From Rebecca billardiae RCC1528 (taxonomy: Eukaryota > Protista > Haptophyta), in contig OZ251232.1 of the NCBI GenBank assembly GCA_965240325.2, positions 1,736,001 to 1,800,000 on the forward strand: 64,000 nucleotides of DNA, given 5' to 3'. This document shows, one piece after another, positions 22,501 through 36,979 of the stretch. The first letter of the stretch is position 1; each line of letters begins with the position of its first letter. A program made the position numbers and the translations under genes. Below the pieces are notes generated by a model. That model did not search any database and had not been told where the DNA came from. It saw only the letters and a program-made list of their open reading frames with translations.

Positions 22501-23329
22501 CGCCTCGGGCGTGTCCGCGCGCGCGCTGCCGTCCGCGCCGACGAGCTCGGCGGACGGTCGTCGCGTCGCCGCGTCGGCGGCCGAGGCCGCGCCGCCGCCC
22601 GCCGCCGCGCGCGCCATCGAGAGATCGAGCGGCACGAGCGCGTTCGGCTTGTACAGCAGGCGGGGCACGAAGGGCGCGTCCTGCCGAGCGAGCACACGCC
22701 GCGGGCCGCGCGCGCGCACGGGGGGCGGTCGCGCGTGGTCACGGCGCGCGCGCGCGCGGTCGCCCGGCGCTCCGGAGGCGGCGGGGCGGCCAAGCCAAGC
22801 GCCCATCGATGGCCTCACCCGGCCGCGCGGTGGGGGCGGTGGCGCGTACGGAGTTGTCAATCTCGTGCTTCCACCGGAGCTGGGGACGGAGGAGCTGTGC
22901 CCGCTGCGCGCCAGGGCCATCCGCTGCGGAGCTCGCGCCGCCATCCGCCGCGCCCGCGCCGTCCGCCGTCTCGGCGCGCGCATGCAGTGTGTGCTGCGTC
23001 GCGTTCGTGATGCCGCGCGCGGCGTCGTGCGCCGCGTCCACCTGCTCGAGCAGCCGGTCGGTCATGTCCACCGTGCGCTCGTACCGCTCCTCCGTGTCCG
23101 CCGCCGCCGCCATCGGCGACAGCCCGTGCTGCTCCAGCAGCTTGTCCAGCAGCCGCTGCACGCGCGCCCCCGCGCCGCTCATCGCCTGGCGGAAGCCCGG
23201 GAAGGTGGCGCAGTAGTCGAGGTCCTCGCCCGGCGCGGGGAGGGCGTTGCTCGTGCGCGTCGCGCGTACGAGCCGCTGGAAGAGCTCGCGCTCGCACTGG
23301 TCGATGTCGAACGACTCGGCGCGATCCAT
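19554..23329 (-). CDS. RRP6: Nuclear exosome 3'-5' exoribonuclease Rrp6/EXOSC10; exons 23329-22850, 22680-22081, 21896-21762, 21539-19554
   Basis: PMC2NT-like N-terminus (LVRATRTSNALP...DLDY), RPQLRWKHEIDNS|DAPFVP, IAVDLEHHSLHSYRGFTCLLQISTR, K|VLHGADSDVIWLQRDFGLY, K|HYC...QLADWRLRPL...YARSDTHYLLY, HRDC (LFVWRDAAARRLDES). Three phase-0 GT-AG introns join these in frame. Confidence 0.95.
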
Positions 23330-23556
23330 GGGAGGAGGACGTGGCCACGGAGGGCGCAGCAGCGGCCCCTCGTGCCCGCACGCGCGTGGATCCTGCGGCT
23401 GCCCTCGCCCCGTCGACCGGCCGGGGAGCCAGCGCTGCCGCGTCGTCGGGTCCAAGCAGCCTTGAAGCCGGAGCGGTCGCTCGCCTTGCCAACTCAGCAT
23501 GGCGCCGCACCGGCCTGCCGCTTGACGAGGCCCATCAAGGCTGCGCGAGGACACAC

Positions 23557-25407
23557 ATGGCGGCCGCCCCGACGCGCGCCGCGGGCACGCGACGGACGTG
23601 GTACCTGCTGCTCCTGCTCGTCCCCCTGGCCATCTATACCTTCGCCGTGCTCGGCAACAGCTGGCGCGCGATGGCGCGCGCTCATCTGCAGCGCGGCGCG
23701 CGCCCCGCGGCGCTGCAACGGCCCCGCCGCCCTGCCCAGACAGGCGCACCCGTGAGCAGCGCAGGGCTCGCGCACGCCGCAGCAGCCGTGCTGCTGCCCG
23801 CCGACATGCTGCGCACCGACGCCCGCCCTGCGCCAGCAGCGTTGCCCCTGCCGACCGACGCGCCGGGCAGCGTGCGCGGCATTCAGCTGGTGTGCGGCGA
23901 CCATGGCGTCATCCGGCTCTACCTGCGCGCGGAGTGGTCGAACATGTCGGCGGTGTTCGCGGAGCAGCTCGCGCAGCCCACCTCGCGCAACAGCTCGACC
24001 ATCTACCGCCTCGAGCCCGGCTTCCTCATCCAAGGCCGCTTCGCCTCGCCGGGGGTGTCGCCGCGGATCCGGCTGTCCAAGGCGCCCAAGGTGATGGAGC
24101 GCGGCGAGGTGGGGTGGGCGGGCGGCTCGACGGGGCCGGACTTCTTCATCTACATGGGCGACGGGCCGGCGGGCTGGCTGGGCAACCCGCACGACGGGAT
24201 GATCTGGGCGGAGGTCGCGGACGAGCCGTCGATGGAGGTCGCGCGCGTCGTGTCCCTCCTCCCGGTGCCCCCGACCCGCCCGGGACAAATGCACACGCTG
24301 GCCACGCCGCTGCCCATCGGCGTGGCGCCGTGGCGGCCCGAGGCGCGGCCGGCGTCGGCGCCGTCCGCGCTGAGCGGCGTGTCGATCCTCAAGGTGCGCG
24401 GCGCCGCGCTCGACACCTCCGCCGCCGACTGCCCGGAGGAGTGCCACGCGCTCGCGCACACGGAGTTGCACGGGACCGTGGTGGGCGCGGGCGACAGGCT
24501 GCTCGTCGACTCGGCGCGCGAGTGCTGCGCGCAGTGCGCGCAGCACGCGGCGAGGGAGGGCGGCAAGCCGGGCGCAAGGCCGTGCAACGTGTGGGTGTGG
24601 TGCGGCTCCGCCGCGCGCTGCGCCAAGCAGCACCGCCAGTGCTGGCTCAAACACCACCCGGACATCTGGGGCGCCGCCGTGACGGTCGGCACCTCAGACC
24701 GATGGACGACCGGCACGGCGCAGCGCGCGCCGGCGAATCACTCGTCGGGCGCGGGCGTGGCGCGGCCGACCGCGGCGGACGCGCACATCGCGCTGGTCAG
24801 CCCAGCAGGCCCCGCGGGGGAGGTGCCTGGCCAGGCGGGAGGCCTGCGGCTCCGCCTCCGCCTCCGAGCCGCCGGCGCCGAGCGCGCGCGCACTCGCGTC
24901 GAGACAGTCCTCGCACGGCACGCGGTGGGCGGTGCTGGCTGCGGGACCGGCGCGGCAGCCGACGGGTGCGTCCCGGCGGCTCTGGCGTGGGCGCGCCCGC
25001 CGCCACCTTTGTGGGGCTCCGAGCAGGCCGCCGACGGGCAGGGTCCGAGTGATCGCTGGCCGATTGGCCACGCTCTCGTGCTCGGGACCCTCGGCTCAGC
25101 CGCTGAGCCGCCGCCCGCGGCGACACCCGCCGCGTCAGAGTGGCCGCAGGTGCCCGTGCGACGCGGCTCTGTGGGCTGGTGGGCGCCCAGCGGCGCGCGC
25201 ACGGCCGACGGCCCGTGGTTCTTCATCGCGCTCGCGGACATGCCGCACCTCGGCATGTCGGCTGTTGTCTGGGCGGACGTGGCGGAGGAGGACCTCCCTG
25301 CACTCGACCGGCTCGCCCTGGACGCGGCTGCGGGGCGTACGGCGCTCCCCCTGCCCATCCGGGCTGTGCGCGCCGAGTCGTCGGCTGCTTCTGATGAGTT
25401 ATTCTGA
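23557..25407 (+). CDS. Type II membrane protein: cyclophilin-like domain + PAN/Apple domain + second degenerate cyclophilin-like domain
   Basis: TM WYLLLLLVPLAIYTFAVL; YRLEPGFLIQG...MERGEVGWAGGSTGPDFFI; ECCAQC...CNVWVWC...CWLK...WTTG; VRRGSVGW...GPWFFIALADMPHLG...VWA. Confidence 0.7.
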   Translation: MAAAPTRAAGTRRTWYLLLLLVPLAIYTFAVLGNSWRAMARAHLQRGARPAALQRPRRPAQTGAPVSSAGLAHAAAAVLLPADMLRTDARPAPAALPLPTDAPGSVRGIQLVCGDHGVIRLYLRAEWSNMSAVFAEQLAQPTSRNSSTIYRLEPGFLIQGRFASPGVSPRIRLSKAPKVMERGEVGWAGGSTGPDFFIYMGDGPAGWLGNPHDGMIWAEVADEPSMEVARVVSLLPVPPTRPGQMHTLATPLPIGVAPWRPEARPASAPSALSGVSILKVRGAALDTSAADCPEECHALAHTELHGTVVGAGDRLLVDSARECCAQCAQHAAREGGKPGARPCNVWVWCGSAARCAKQHRQCWLKHHPDIWGAAVTVGTSDRWTTGTAQRAPANHSSGAGVARPTAADAHIALVSPAGPAGEVPGQAGGLRLRLRLRAAGAERARTRVETVLARHAVGGAGCGTGAAADGCVPAALAWARPPPPLWGSEQAADGQGPSDRWPIGHALVLGTLGSAAEPPPAATPAASEWPQVPVRRGSVGWWAPSGARTADGPWFFIALADMPHLGMSAVVWADVAEEDLPALDRLALDAAAGRTALPLPIRAVRAESSAASDELF

Positions 25408-25586
25408 ATCTGGCGGTGCTGCGTCGTCGTCGTCCCCTGGACCTGATGACACCTGATGTGGCCTACTGATGAGCCGCAATGGCGAGTATAGTATCACATA
25501 CTCGGGTCGGGCGGGCCCGCGGCGCCGCGGGCACTGTCTGTGACTCATGTCTGTGACCGTATCGTCGATCTGAGCAGACTGCTTTA

Positions 25587-27276
<1,690 letters not shown>

Positions 27277-27773
27277 TAATTCGTCTAGAGTCTATAACAA
27301 CTCACTCTACTGTAGTCTGTACTGACGGCGCCGGCCTGCGTATATAGTGTCGTGACACTACGACGACCGAGTCGTCCGCGACGTGAATCTTATTCGGACG
27401 GCACTCGTCAGCACTGCCGCACTCGGCACCGTGCGCTCCCGCCGCCCGCGCTGCCCGTCGATCGTCCCGCCGCGCCCGGCAGCGGCCGCGCCGATAAGTG
27501 ATGATATGAGCAGATGAATAATCTAATCTGTCACGGCAGCAGCTAGCAGCCCGAGCAGCGCACGGTAGTAGCGCTACTGACTAGTAAGAGTAGTAGTACG
27601 GTAGTGAAGCTAGGGCGCTGATGATCGAGCCGTGCCGTGCGTGCGCTGCGCGTCAGGGCCGCAGGACCGCGGCAGGTGCTGCCGTGACACTGCGGCCCGG
27701 TGCTGCCTGACAGCTGAGTGACACACTGACAGCAGCGGCGGTCGCACGCGGGCACTATACGGCGGTTGATATA

Positions 27774-28735
<962 letters not shown>

Positions 28736-28945
28736 CCTTCACCGTTCACGGACAGACACGGTTCTGAAAATAATATGGCCGCCTGCTGAGCAAGCCGAGA
28801 GTCAGCTTCGGACTCGGACGAGCCGGCGCTACGCCGCCCGACTGCGCGGCCCCGGTGCGGCAGAGTGCGGCCGACTCGCCCGCTGCTGATGCTGCGAATA
28901 CGACGACTGATTACTGCTGCGATGACGCTGATGGCGACGCTATCT

Positions 28946-31633
28946 TCAAGTGGCAGACGATGATGCGCTGCTGCTGATGAGCAGCAGCATCGTCGCGGCG
29001 TTGCCTGCTGTCTGTGACGAGCGGGCCGTCGTCAGCTGTTCGGCAGCCGCGCAGCAGGCGGCGGCAGAGGCATCGACGCGGCTGCTGGCTAAGGTGTCCA
29101 CTCCTTTGGGCTTGTCGTCCGGCGACTGCGGCTGTGGGCAATATCGCCGCCAATGCGCTGGGCTCGCCGCCGCGTCCGACGAACCCTCGGAGAGCGGCTC
29201 GAGCACGCGCAGCTCGTGCGTGGCGTGCCCGTACCCGCCCGCGTGCGCCTCGACGGCCAACGCAAAGACGCCCGCCGTCACCGCGCTCGACCGCTGCTCC
29301 GCAGGCGCGCGCTGTTGCCACCCCGCGCCGGCAGCGCCCGCGGCAAGCAGTGAGCCGATGCCCTCGCTCGAGCGCGCCTGCTGCAGGTCGCCCAGCAGGC
29401 CCGCGATCACGCGCACGCCGCACTGCGCCGCGTACTGCACCGCTCGAGCGTCGGCGGGCGCGTGCGTCAGCCTGTGCACCACGAGCACGTGCGGCTGGTG
29501 CGCGCTCAGCGCGGCGGTCAGCACGCTCGGCTGCGCGTCGAGCGAGGCTGGCCGCGCCACCCGCGCGCGGCCGATGCCGCCGTGCGCGTTGAGGCTGCTG
29601 CTGCCCGCGAGCTCGCCCACCGAGTCGATGACGAGCACGCGCTGCTCCGCCGACAGCTCGCGCGCCGCGTCTCGCAGCAGGTCGGCCGCCGCCGCGAGCG
29701 GCGCGCCGCGCGGTGAGAGCACGAGGATCGATGGCGCGTCCGCGCGGTGCAGCAGGTCATGGATCAAGCCGGCGCTGCCGCGCACGCAGTGGCCGGGGCG
29801 GATGGTGAGACCCAGGCACACGCTCGGGTCGTGCGGCGCGCGCAGCTGGCCCACGCAGTGCGGATAGCCGCCGCCGCCGCCGAGCGTGCCCGCGCCGGGC
29901 GCCGCGTGCGCAGGCGCGGCGCGCGCCACGCCGCCGCCGCTCGCTTCCAGCGCCGCGACGATGGCGGCGAGCTCGTCCGCCATCAGCGGCGGCTTCTCGT
30001 CGTGCGCGACGGGCGTGCTCGAGCCGAGCGCGCCCGCGTCGCCTGCGTCGGTCGAGACGCGCTCGTCGTCCGCCCAGAAGCAGGGCGCCGTGCCCACGTC
30101 CAGCTCGACCAGGGTGACGACGCGCGGCGCGGCGCGCGGGCTGCCGCGCTGCCACCACGGGCCGTCTCGCGCCGCGCGGACGCACGCCTGCTTGAGCTGC
30201 GCGCGCAGGAGAGGCGGCATGAGCTGCGCAAGCGCCGCCATGTCGGCGGGCCGATGCTCGAGCGCCGGATGCACCATCTCCGCAGGCCGAGTGCGCCGCA
30301 GCAGCTCGGGGCTGGCGAGCGCGCACGCGCGGCCCTTGTCAAAGCACGCGGGGCGCGCGCCCTGGTGCCGGATGCCCTCGGCCATGCGCTCGCCCGTGGC
30401 GGCGATCAGCGTGGCCAGGCGCTCGGCCGAGCCGTCGCGTTGCTCGCTCGCCATGCGCACGAGGCGCGTGCCACAGCGCAAGAGCTGCCGCGCGCGCTCC
30501 GTGCATCGCGCGACGACGCTGCTCGGGAGCGGGCGCGCGCCGGGCTGCCCGAGCCCGCCGGACGCCGCGCCGCCGGCCGCGGCGTGCGCCGTGGCCGGGC
30601 CGAAGGGCGAGAACGCCATCAGATGGTCGGCGTGGCGCGCTTGGTGCGGCGACGAGGGCGGCAGCTCGTCGCCCAGCAGCCGCGAGACCCCGTCGAGCGT
30701 CGGCGGCGCCTCGCCCAGCAGCAGCTCCGCCGCCAGCTGCACGTCGAGGGCGCGGCCGATGCACACGCCGCCGTGCGCCGAGAGCGCGTGCGCCTGCGAG
30801 TGCGCGCCGTGCATCAGCTTCACGTCGTGCGCGCCCACGAGCGCGGGCCACAGCTTCCTGAAGGCGTTCTCGGCGCCGAGCGTGAGCACGTCGACGATGT
30901 ACGCGCCGTGCTGCGTCGCGAGCAGCACGAGCTCGACGGCGCTGCTCGTCGCGCTCAGCTCGAGCGCGAGCCAGCCGCCAGGCCCGGCGCCGCCCGAGCC
31001 GCCGGCCAGCAGCGGGTCGGCGGCAATGGCTGCCTCGAGCGCCTCGGCCGTGTCGAGGAGCCATGCGGGGTGTGCCGACTCGGCGTACGTCGCCGAACCC
31101 GCCGCGTGCCCGTCCGCCTCCACACCAAACGGTAGTGGCAGGGACGGCGGTGGCGGTGGGCGCGCCGCCGCTCCTGGCGGTCGCTCGGGTGCCACGGCCA
31201 CGGGCGGTGCGGCCGGCTGCGGAGCGAGTGGCGGCGGCGGAGGCCGTGTCGCTCCGGCTTGCTGCGAAGGCTGCGGGGGCGACGGTGGTGCGGCCGGCAC
31301 TTGCGGAGCCGGTCGTGGCCGCGTCGATGGCAGCCGTGGCGCCTCTGATGAGGGAGGCAAAGGTACTTCGGGTGGTGGTAATTCGGCGGTGGGTGCTGGT
31401 GGCAAGCTGTCGCTGTCCAGAACTGACCTTGGCTGCGCGGCGCCGCCCAGCTTGGCTGCAATCTCCGTCAAATGCCATGTCATCCTGGTGTTCCCATCCT
31501 CATCGGATCCATGGTACCGCGTGAAGCCGCGCGTGAGAAAGCCGTAGAGCAGCTCGCTAGGGCCCTTGTGCAGCGGTGGCGAGCAGATGGATCGGAGGCT
31601 GCGCAGCTGAGCTTTGGCGCTCTCCTTCGTCAT
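28946..31633 (-). CDS. Pro-rich linker + degenerate DEDDy 3'-5' exonuclease (EXD1/Egalitarian-like) + degenerate Ycf45/SpoIIIAA-like P-loop ATPase, copy 1; possibly 5'-truncated
   Basis: Exonuclease fold: WLALELS...LVLLAT...AYIVDV...VKLMHG...[11 protein letters not shown]. Ycf45-like: [20 protein letters not shown]...LIHDLL...SILVL...[10 protein letters not shown]...[13 protein letters not shown]...IGRARV...HQPHVLVV...GVRVIA. Confidence 0.7.
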   Translation of the reverse strand: MTKESAKAQLRSLRSICSPPLHKGPSELLYGFLTRGFTRYHGSDEDGNTRMTWHLTEIAAKLGGAAQPRSVLDSDSLPPAPTAELPPPEVPLPPSSEAPRLPSTRPRPAPQVPAAPPSPPQPSQQAGATRPPPPPLAPQPAAPPVAVAPERPPGAAARPPPPPSLPLPFGVEADGHAAGSATYAESAHPAWLLDTAEALEAAIAADPLLAGGSGGAGPGGWLALELSATSSAVELVLLATQHGAYIVDVLTLGAENAFRKLWPALVGAHDVKLMHGAHSQAHALSAHGGVCIGRALDVQLAAELLLGEAPPTLDGVSRLLGDELPPSSPHQARHADHLMAFSPFGPATAHAAAGGAASGGLGQPGARPLPSSVVARCTERARQLLRCGTRLVRMASEQRDGSAERLATLIAATGERMAEGIRHQGARPACFDKGRACALASPELLRRTRPAEMVHPALEHRPADMAALAQLMPPLLRAQLKQACVRAARDGPWWQRGSPRAAPRVVTLVELDVGTAPCFWADDERVSTDAGDAGALGSSTPVAHDEKPPLMADELAAIVAALEASGGGVARAAPAHAAPGAGTLGGGGGYPHCVGQLRAPHDPSVCLGLTIRPGHCVRGSAGLIHDLLHRADAPSILVLSPRGAPLAAAADLLRDAARELSAEQRVLVIDSVGELAGSSSLNAHGGIGRARVARPASLDAQPSVLTAALSAHQPHVLVVHRLTHAPADARAVQYAAQCGVRVIAGLLGDLQQARSSEGIGSLLAAGAAGAGWQQRAPAEQRSSAVTAGVFALAVEAHAGGYGHATHELRVLEPLSEGSSDAAASPAHWRRYCPQPQSPDDKPKGVDTLASSRVDASAAACCAAAEQLTTARSSQTAGNAATMLLLISSSASSSAT

Positions 31634-31752
31634 CGGCCAGCGCCCTGGATCTTCTCGGCGAGCAGGCAGCGTCGACGACGACGATATGCTCCGAACAGTC
31701 CTCGCTGCCGCCGCCGCCGGCGCAGCCGCCCACGTCCAAGAACCGCACGCGC

Positions 31753-34414
31753 TACACGAAGGCGATCATCGTGCGCGTGCCCAGCGACGGCCAGATCGTC
31801 CCGGACATGTTCATCATCTCGCACCACGTGCGCTTCGACGAGGACACGCTCTACATCGACCACCCCGACGCCGCTCACATCGCGCGCGACCCGCTCGCCG
31901 CCGTGCCGCAGCTGCCGCCGACGCCGCCGCCGCTCGATCTCCATGCTGACGATGTGGGTAATGGGGGAAGTTTCCATGGCGCCGTCCGGCGCCGCGATGG
32001 CGCTGACGCATCGGACACGCTGAGCGGTGGGGGACGCACCGCACGCCTACGTCGGAGACGCTGACGACGACGCCGCCGGCGCCGAGGACTCCCTCGATGT
32101 CGGCAACGCGCTCAACGACGACGACCCGCCCTCATCTCGCACGCGCGCGCGCGCGCACGTCAACTCGGTCGCGTCGCCGACTTACTCCAAGCTGCCGCGC
32201 ATCTACGCGCTCCTGCTCGCCATCGGACTCTCGGACACGCCGACGGCGGTGCAAGCACTCAACGGCCCGCATGCGACGCAGTTCGCCGCCGCTCTCGACG
32301 CCGAGTACGCCTCCATCCTGGCCAACAACACGTGGGTGGAGGTGCCGCGCAAGCCGGGGATGCGCACGCTGAAGGCGGCGCCCGTGTTCAACATCAAGCG
32401 CGACAAGAAGGGCAACATCAAGCGGTTCAAGACCCGCGTCGTGGGCAAGGGCTTCACGCAGATCGAGGGCATCGACTACGACGAGACCTTCTCCTCGGTC
32501 GTCCGCTACGAGACCCTCAAGATGATCATCGCCATCGCCGCGGCCAAGCAGCGCCGCCTCTTCCACGGCGACTTCACGACGGCGTACCTCAACGCGCCGA
32601 TCGACTACGAGATCTACCTCGAGCTGCCGCTCGGGTACAAGCCGAAAATGAAGGGCGACGTCGTGCTGCGCCTCCTCAAGAGCCTCTACGGTCTCAAGCA
32701 GTCCGGCCGCAACTGGCGTCTCATGATCGACGACTGGATGAAGGAGTACGGGTTCGCGCAGAGCCAGGCCGACCCGTGCCTCTATGTCCTCAACACGCAG
32801 TCGGGCATCATCGCCGTGTGCATCTACGTGGACGACATGCTCATCCTCGACGACAGCGACGACCCGACCGCCTGCGACAACTTCATCTCGAAGATCACAT
32901 CCTCGTACAAGATGACCATCACGGCCGACATCGACGGCTACCTGTCGGCCACGCTCACGCGCTCCAAGGACGGCATCATGGTGACCGTCACCAAGAATAT
33001 CCTCGAGCTCCTCGAGAAGACGGGCTTCATGAACTGCAACACGTCCGACACGCCGATGACCGAGGGCCTCAAGCTCGGCCCGTGCTCCGAGTCAGACGCG
33101 CTCGACGCGGAGACGACGACGTTCTTCCGCTCCGTGGTCGGCTCGCTCATCCACATCACGCAGTTTCGCCCGGACATCGCCTACGCCGTCGGGACGCTCA
33201 CCCACTTCATGTCCAAGCCGGGCAAGAAGCACCTCGAGGCTGCCTAGCGCGTCATCCGCTACCTCGCCGGCACGCCGAACCACGGCCTCTTCTTCCGCTC
33301 GGGCTCAGACGTCACGCTCATCGCGTACGTGGACGCCGACTACGCCAACGACCTCCACGACGAGCGCAAGTCTGTCACCGGCTACGTGATGCACCTCTGC
33401 GGCTCGACGGTGAGCGGCCGCCGCGAGAAGCAGCGCACGACGGCTCTGAGCTCGACCGAAGCTGAGTACATGGCCGTCACCTCCGCCGGCAAGGAGATCA
33501 TCTTCATGCGCAAGCTGCTCACCGACCTCGGCTACCCGCAGCTCGCGCCGACCAAGCTCTTTGAGGACAACAAGGCGGTGGTGGACCTTACGGACAACGA
33601 GAAGTACCACAACCGCACCAAGCACATCGGCGTCCAGTACCACTGGAACCGTCAGCACGCCCGCGCCGGCACCTTCAAGCTCTTCTTGATCCCCGGCACC
33701 GAGAACCCGGCCGACATCATGACCAAGCCGCTCGGCCCGGCCGCCTTCCTCAAACTTCGTGCTCAGCTCCTGGGCATGTAAGGCCTCGCCGCACACACGA
33801 AGTCCCAGTGCTACATCGGTCGCCGCTCGTCGGACGCACATTGACCTCACGCTGTCTCTTCTGAACGGAGACGCTGCCGGCACCGACTCGCCCGACTTCT
33901 ACATCGTCTTCTCGGACACCCGCTCCGACGCATGCATCCCATACGGCAACATCGCATCATATCTACACTCACACGATGGTCACACGTCTACACCCAGTCC
34001 CTTCGGGTCGACCAGGTTTCGTACGACCACCGCTGCGATTGGGTGGGGGTGTCAAGATCCGACGTTACCCGGACTCGCTCTCCAGTCCATACGCACCCGG
34101 ATCACCAACCGTCACAGGACACTATGCATATGCCGACTTTCATTATCAGCCTCGGCATGGCCTACGCGCTCCATCTTGGTTATTACTTTCCCGACTTACG
34201 TACCCGTTGATGGATATCAGAGCCTTTCACACGGTCCTATAGACTTGTCGGATTCCTTCCTAGCCAGAGTCCCCGGTTCAGTTCCATACCGGCCGTTATT
34301 TCATATTATTACTCCATCTGTCGACCTCCGTCCCTCGCCGACGAGCCTCGTCAGCCGTCACGCCTCCGGGGCCTCACGGGGACACGGCCCCGTCGCTCTC
34401 TTCACCCTTTGACA
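31753..34414 (+). mobile_element. 5'-truncated Ty1/Copia retrotransposon (end of IN, RT, RNase H, PPT, 3' LTR), copy 1
   Basis: ISHHVRFDE (IN tail), FKTRVVGKGFTQIEGIDYDETFS, LKSLYGLKQSGRNW, IYVDD, DADYA...RKSVTGY...LSSTEAEY...ADIMTK. PPT GGGTGGGGG at 34041-34049; LTR 34050-34414 TGTCAA...TTGACA. Confidence 0.95.
32027..33781 (+). pseudogene. Copia pol RT-RNase H with upstream frameshift and in-frame TAG at 33245-33247
   Basis: HLEAA*RVIRYLAGT where AAKRV is expected; the frame stays open to TAA at 33781. Confidence 0.9.
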
Positions 34415-36557
34415 CCCCGCCATGCCAGGCTACTCGTACCGAAGGCGTCGTCGTACGCCGAATGGACTCTGGCCAGCTGGATGGTCGCGGCGCGCGGCGT
34501 CGTGGAGTGGACGACCACGATGCTGATCATGGAACGACCAGGTTAGCTATGTCGTTGCCTGTTGTCGGATTGGATATAATTCGACCAGCAAACTCAGTTA
34601 TTTTTGACGAGTGTATATTCAGTGGCGTTATCTTCATGATACTCACACGTGTGCCGTAGTGACCACTTATACTCAATACACTTACACACTGTCGCGTGTG
34701 TACGATGAAATACACACCGTCGATGTCATGTGTATGGGATACACAGCAGTGTGTATGAGAATACACACACTGGCGGTGTGTATGATGGATACACACCAGT
34801 GAGGGAGAATACACACTGATGGGGTGCCTATGAAATGCACACGCGTGGTGATTGGCATGACACACTTGCTGATGCACACCTAGCACTACTACACACCAGT
34901 CGATGAGCTACCGCTCCGTGGTGCTCCGGCCCGGGCGCGGACGCGAGTCCGCGCCCCGAAGCGCCTGCGTCGGCCGCATGACGGACGATGCGCATGCATC
35001 TGGCTTTGCCCGAAGTGGAGGCGGCGCACGCCACCAAGGCGCCAAGGCGCCAACACGTGCCGTGCGAAAGCTGGACCGAGGTTACTCCGAGTCCGAGCTC
35101 CTGTCGCAGGACGGATCGGGTCAATGGTGAGGGCCGTTGCACGCACTTCCGCGATATTGTGAGCTCGGTTCGCGCACATCCTCCTCGGCATGCACAGCGG
35201 CTTTGGCATGCGCTGCGCGCACATGAACGCGACCTCCGCTGGCGGGGTGTCTGCACCGAGCACAAGGACGGCAAGGTCAGCGTGCTCATCACATGCCAAG
35301 ACGACGAGTCGTCGTATCAAGCGGCGCGTCGCAGTCGTCTGCAGTCGTCCCGACAGCGCCAACGTGTCCTCGGCTTGCTCACCACCGTTGTCCCTGAGGG
35401 CCTTGCGCATCACACGTGGCGCATCCCTCAGCGACGCTCTGGTGTCGTCGAGCTTCGCGAAGGGCTCTTGTCCGCACAAGCGGCCTGGAGTCGTGCCTCT
35501 GCGGCTGCAATCGCCTCTTCAGGCCGCAACACGCGGTTGTCCAGCTGAAATTGCGACGGGGCGTTGCTCAGGAGGTCCGCCCAGTCGCTGGCGGCGCTGC
35601 CTGTCGCCATCGCCGCGCGCCCGGGCTCACGCCCACCGGCCGCGCCCGCTGGCTGGGTGTGTAATGGTGCTGTGCCGATTCGAGTGTGTAGCCGAAGAAC
35701 TTCGTACACACTGATGTTCATTTTCGTTCACACCTGGGTACACACCAAATGTGCCCATACACACCATTTACACTCCAGTTTTCACGCAGTGTATGCAAAT
35801 AACTGAATACACTCGCGTCAAAAAATAATAACTGAATTTGGTCGTGGGGTGGCTCCGTTGGGATTTGAGCAACGAACGATGCCAACGGGCGCTGGCAGCA
35901 GGGCGTGGCGGTTGAGCTGCTGCCCGAGGTCGAGAGGGCGCCCGCGAGTCATCAGTCACTGAGCAAGGTCGATTAAGTCTGACGATGGCTCGCTGACACT
36001 GAAGTGCTCCATAGATAGACCATATCCGCCAGAGGCCGAGGGTGGGCCGGGCCCGGGGCGGGCAATAAATAAACGATGAAGCGTGATGCGGGTTGACGCG
36101 ACAGCGGCGAGAGCAAGAGACCATTGCATGAGGGGCGACGCGGGCGAAGACAGATGATGTCGTCGCGCCGCCGAACGATCAGGCGGGGAGCCGGGCCACA
36201 CAGACAGCCAGCGACCTTACCGAGCAGAGCGGGGCTGTGGCGACTGCGGTGCACCTCCTGCAGCGGAGAGTGCACCCGGCAGTGCCCGATGCAGGCGATC
36301 CCCCTGCCCAGCTCGGCGCCTTCGTCGTGAGCAGCCCCATGGCGCCCCCGAGAGCGAAGCCTGATCGATCCGATAAGTCGTAGCGGTAATCAACCGAGTC
36401 CTGCAGGTGCGTCGCTGTGGGCCAGATTGGCCAGCGCACCAGGACTCCTGCGCGCGGCGGTGCGCGCGGGACAACGCAGCAGGAATGCCATGCAAGCGCC
36501 GGATTCTTGGCGTCGTCGCTCATAGACACTCAGGTATGGGTTCCCTATAACGCCACA
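34415..36557 (-). mobile_element. Family-Y LTR-like repeat, cut by the Copia LTR and interrupted by a 1.3-kb insertion
   Basis: 34415-34552 and 35857-36557 are reverse-complement homologues of contiguous parts of 27774-28562. Confidence 0.8.
34558..35855. mobile_element. Non-autonomous TIR-like element nested in the family-Y repeat
   Basis: Imperfect ~45-bp inverted repeats near the ends (CGACCAgcAAACTCAGTTATTTTTGACGAGTGTATATTCAGT versus the reverse complement of ~35803-35845); TACAC-rich subterminal motifs; CGTTG at 34553-34557 and 35856-35860 as candidate TSD. Confidence 0.6.
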
Positions 36558-36898
36558 TATTATACGACTTAATGACGTGACAGTAATGTCAGTATGCTGA
36601 ACGGGCAGGCGTCAGAGTCAGCAAGCTACGGTAGCCAGCAGATCGAGCAGCAGAGACAAACACCATTACACCAGGATCAGCGCTCCTCGCCGTCGTCGTC
36701 CCCCCCCCCCCCCCCTTGTACTTGTAGTCGCCCATCATCACTCCATCATCGCCGAGCGGAAGCTCGACGCACCGTCTGGCGTCGACACACGCGCGCCACC
36801 GTGGTGGTCGCGGTGGCCACTCGCGTCGTCAGCCGTCGTCTCGAAGTAGTCGACAGTAGCCTGCTTATTAATCATTATTATACTGTACGTATATACGA

Positions 36899-36903
36899 CT
36901 CTC

Positions 36904-36937
<34 letters not shown>

Positions 36938-36948
36938 ACTCTCTCTTA

Positions 36949-36978
<30 letters not shown>
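36899..36978. repeat. (CT)n microsatellite (duplicated at ~63718-63797)
   Basis: Imperfect CT run. Confidence 0.95.

Positions 36979-36979
<1 letters not shown>

Noticed and set aside
33245-33247. Programmed stop-codon read-through in Copia pol (TAG present in both copies)
   Set aside because: It replaces the expected Lys of AAKRV (AAG>TAG) in an already truncated, frameshifted element; sharing is explained by the segmental duplication.
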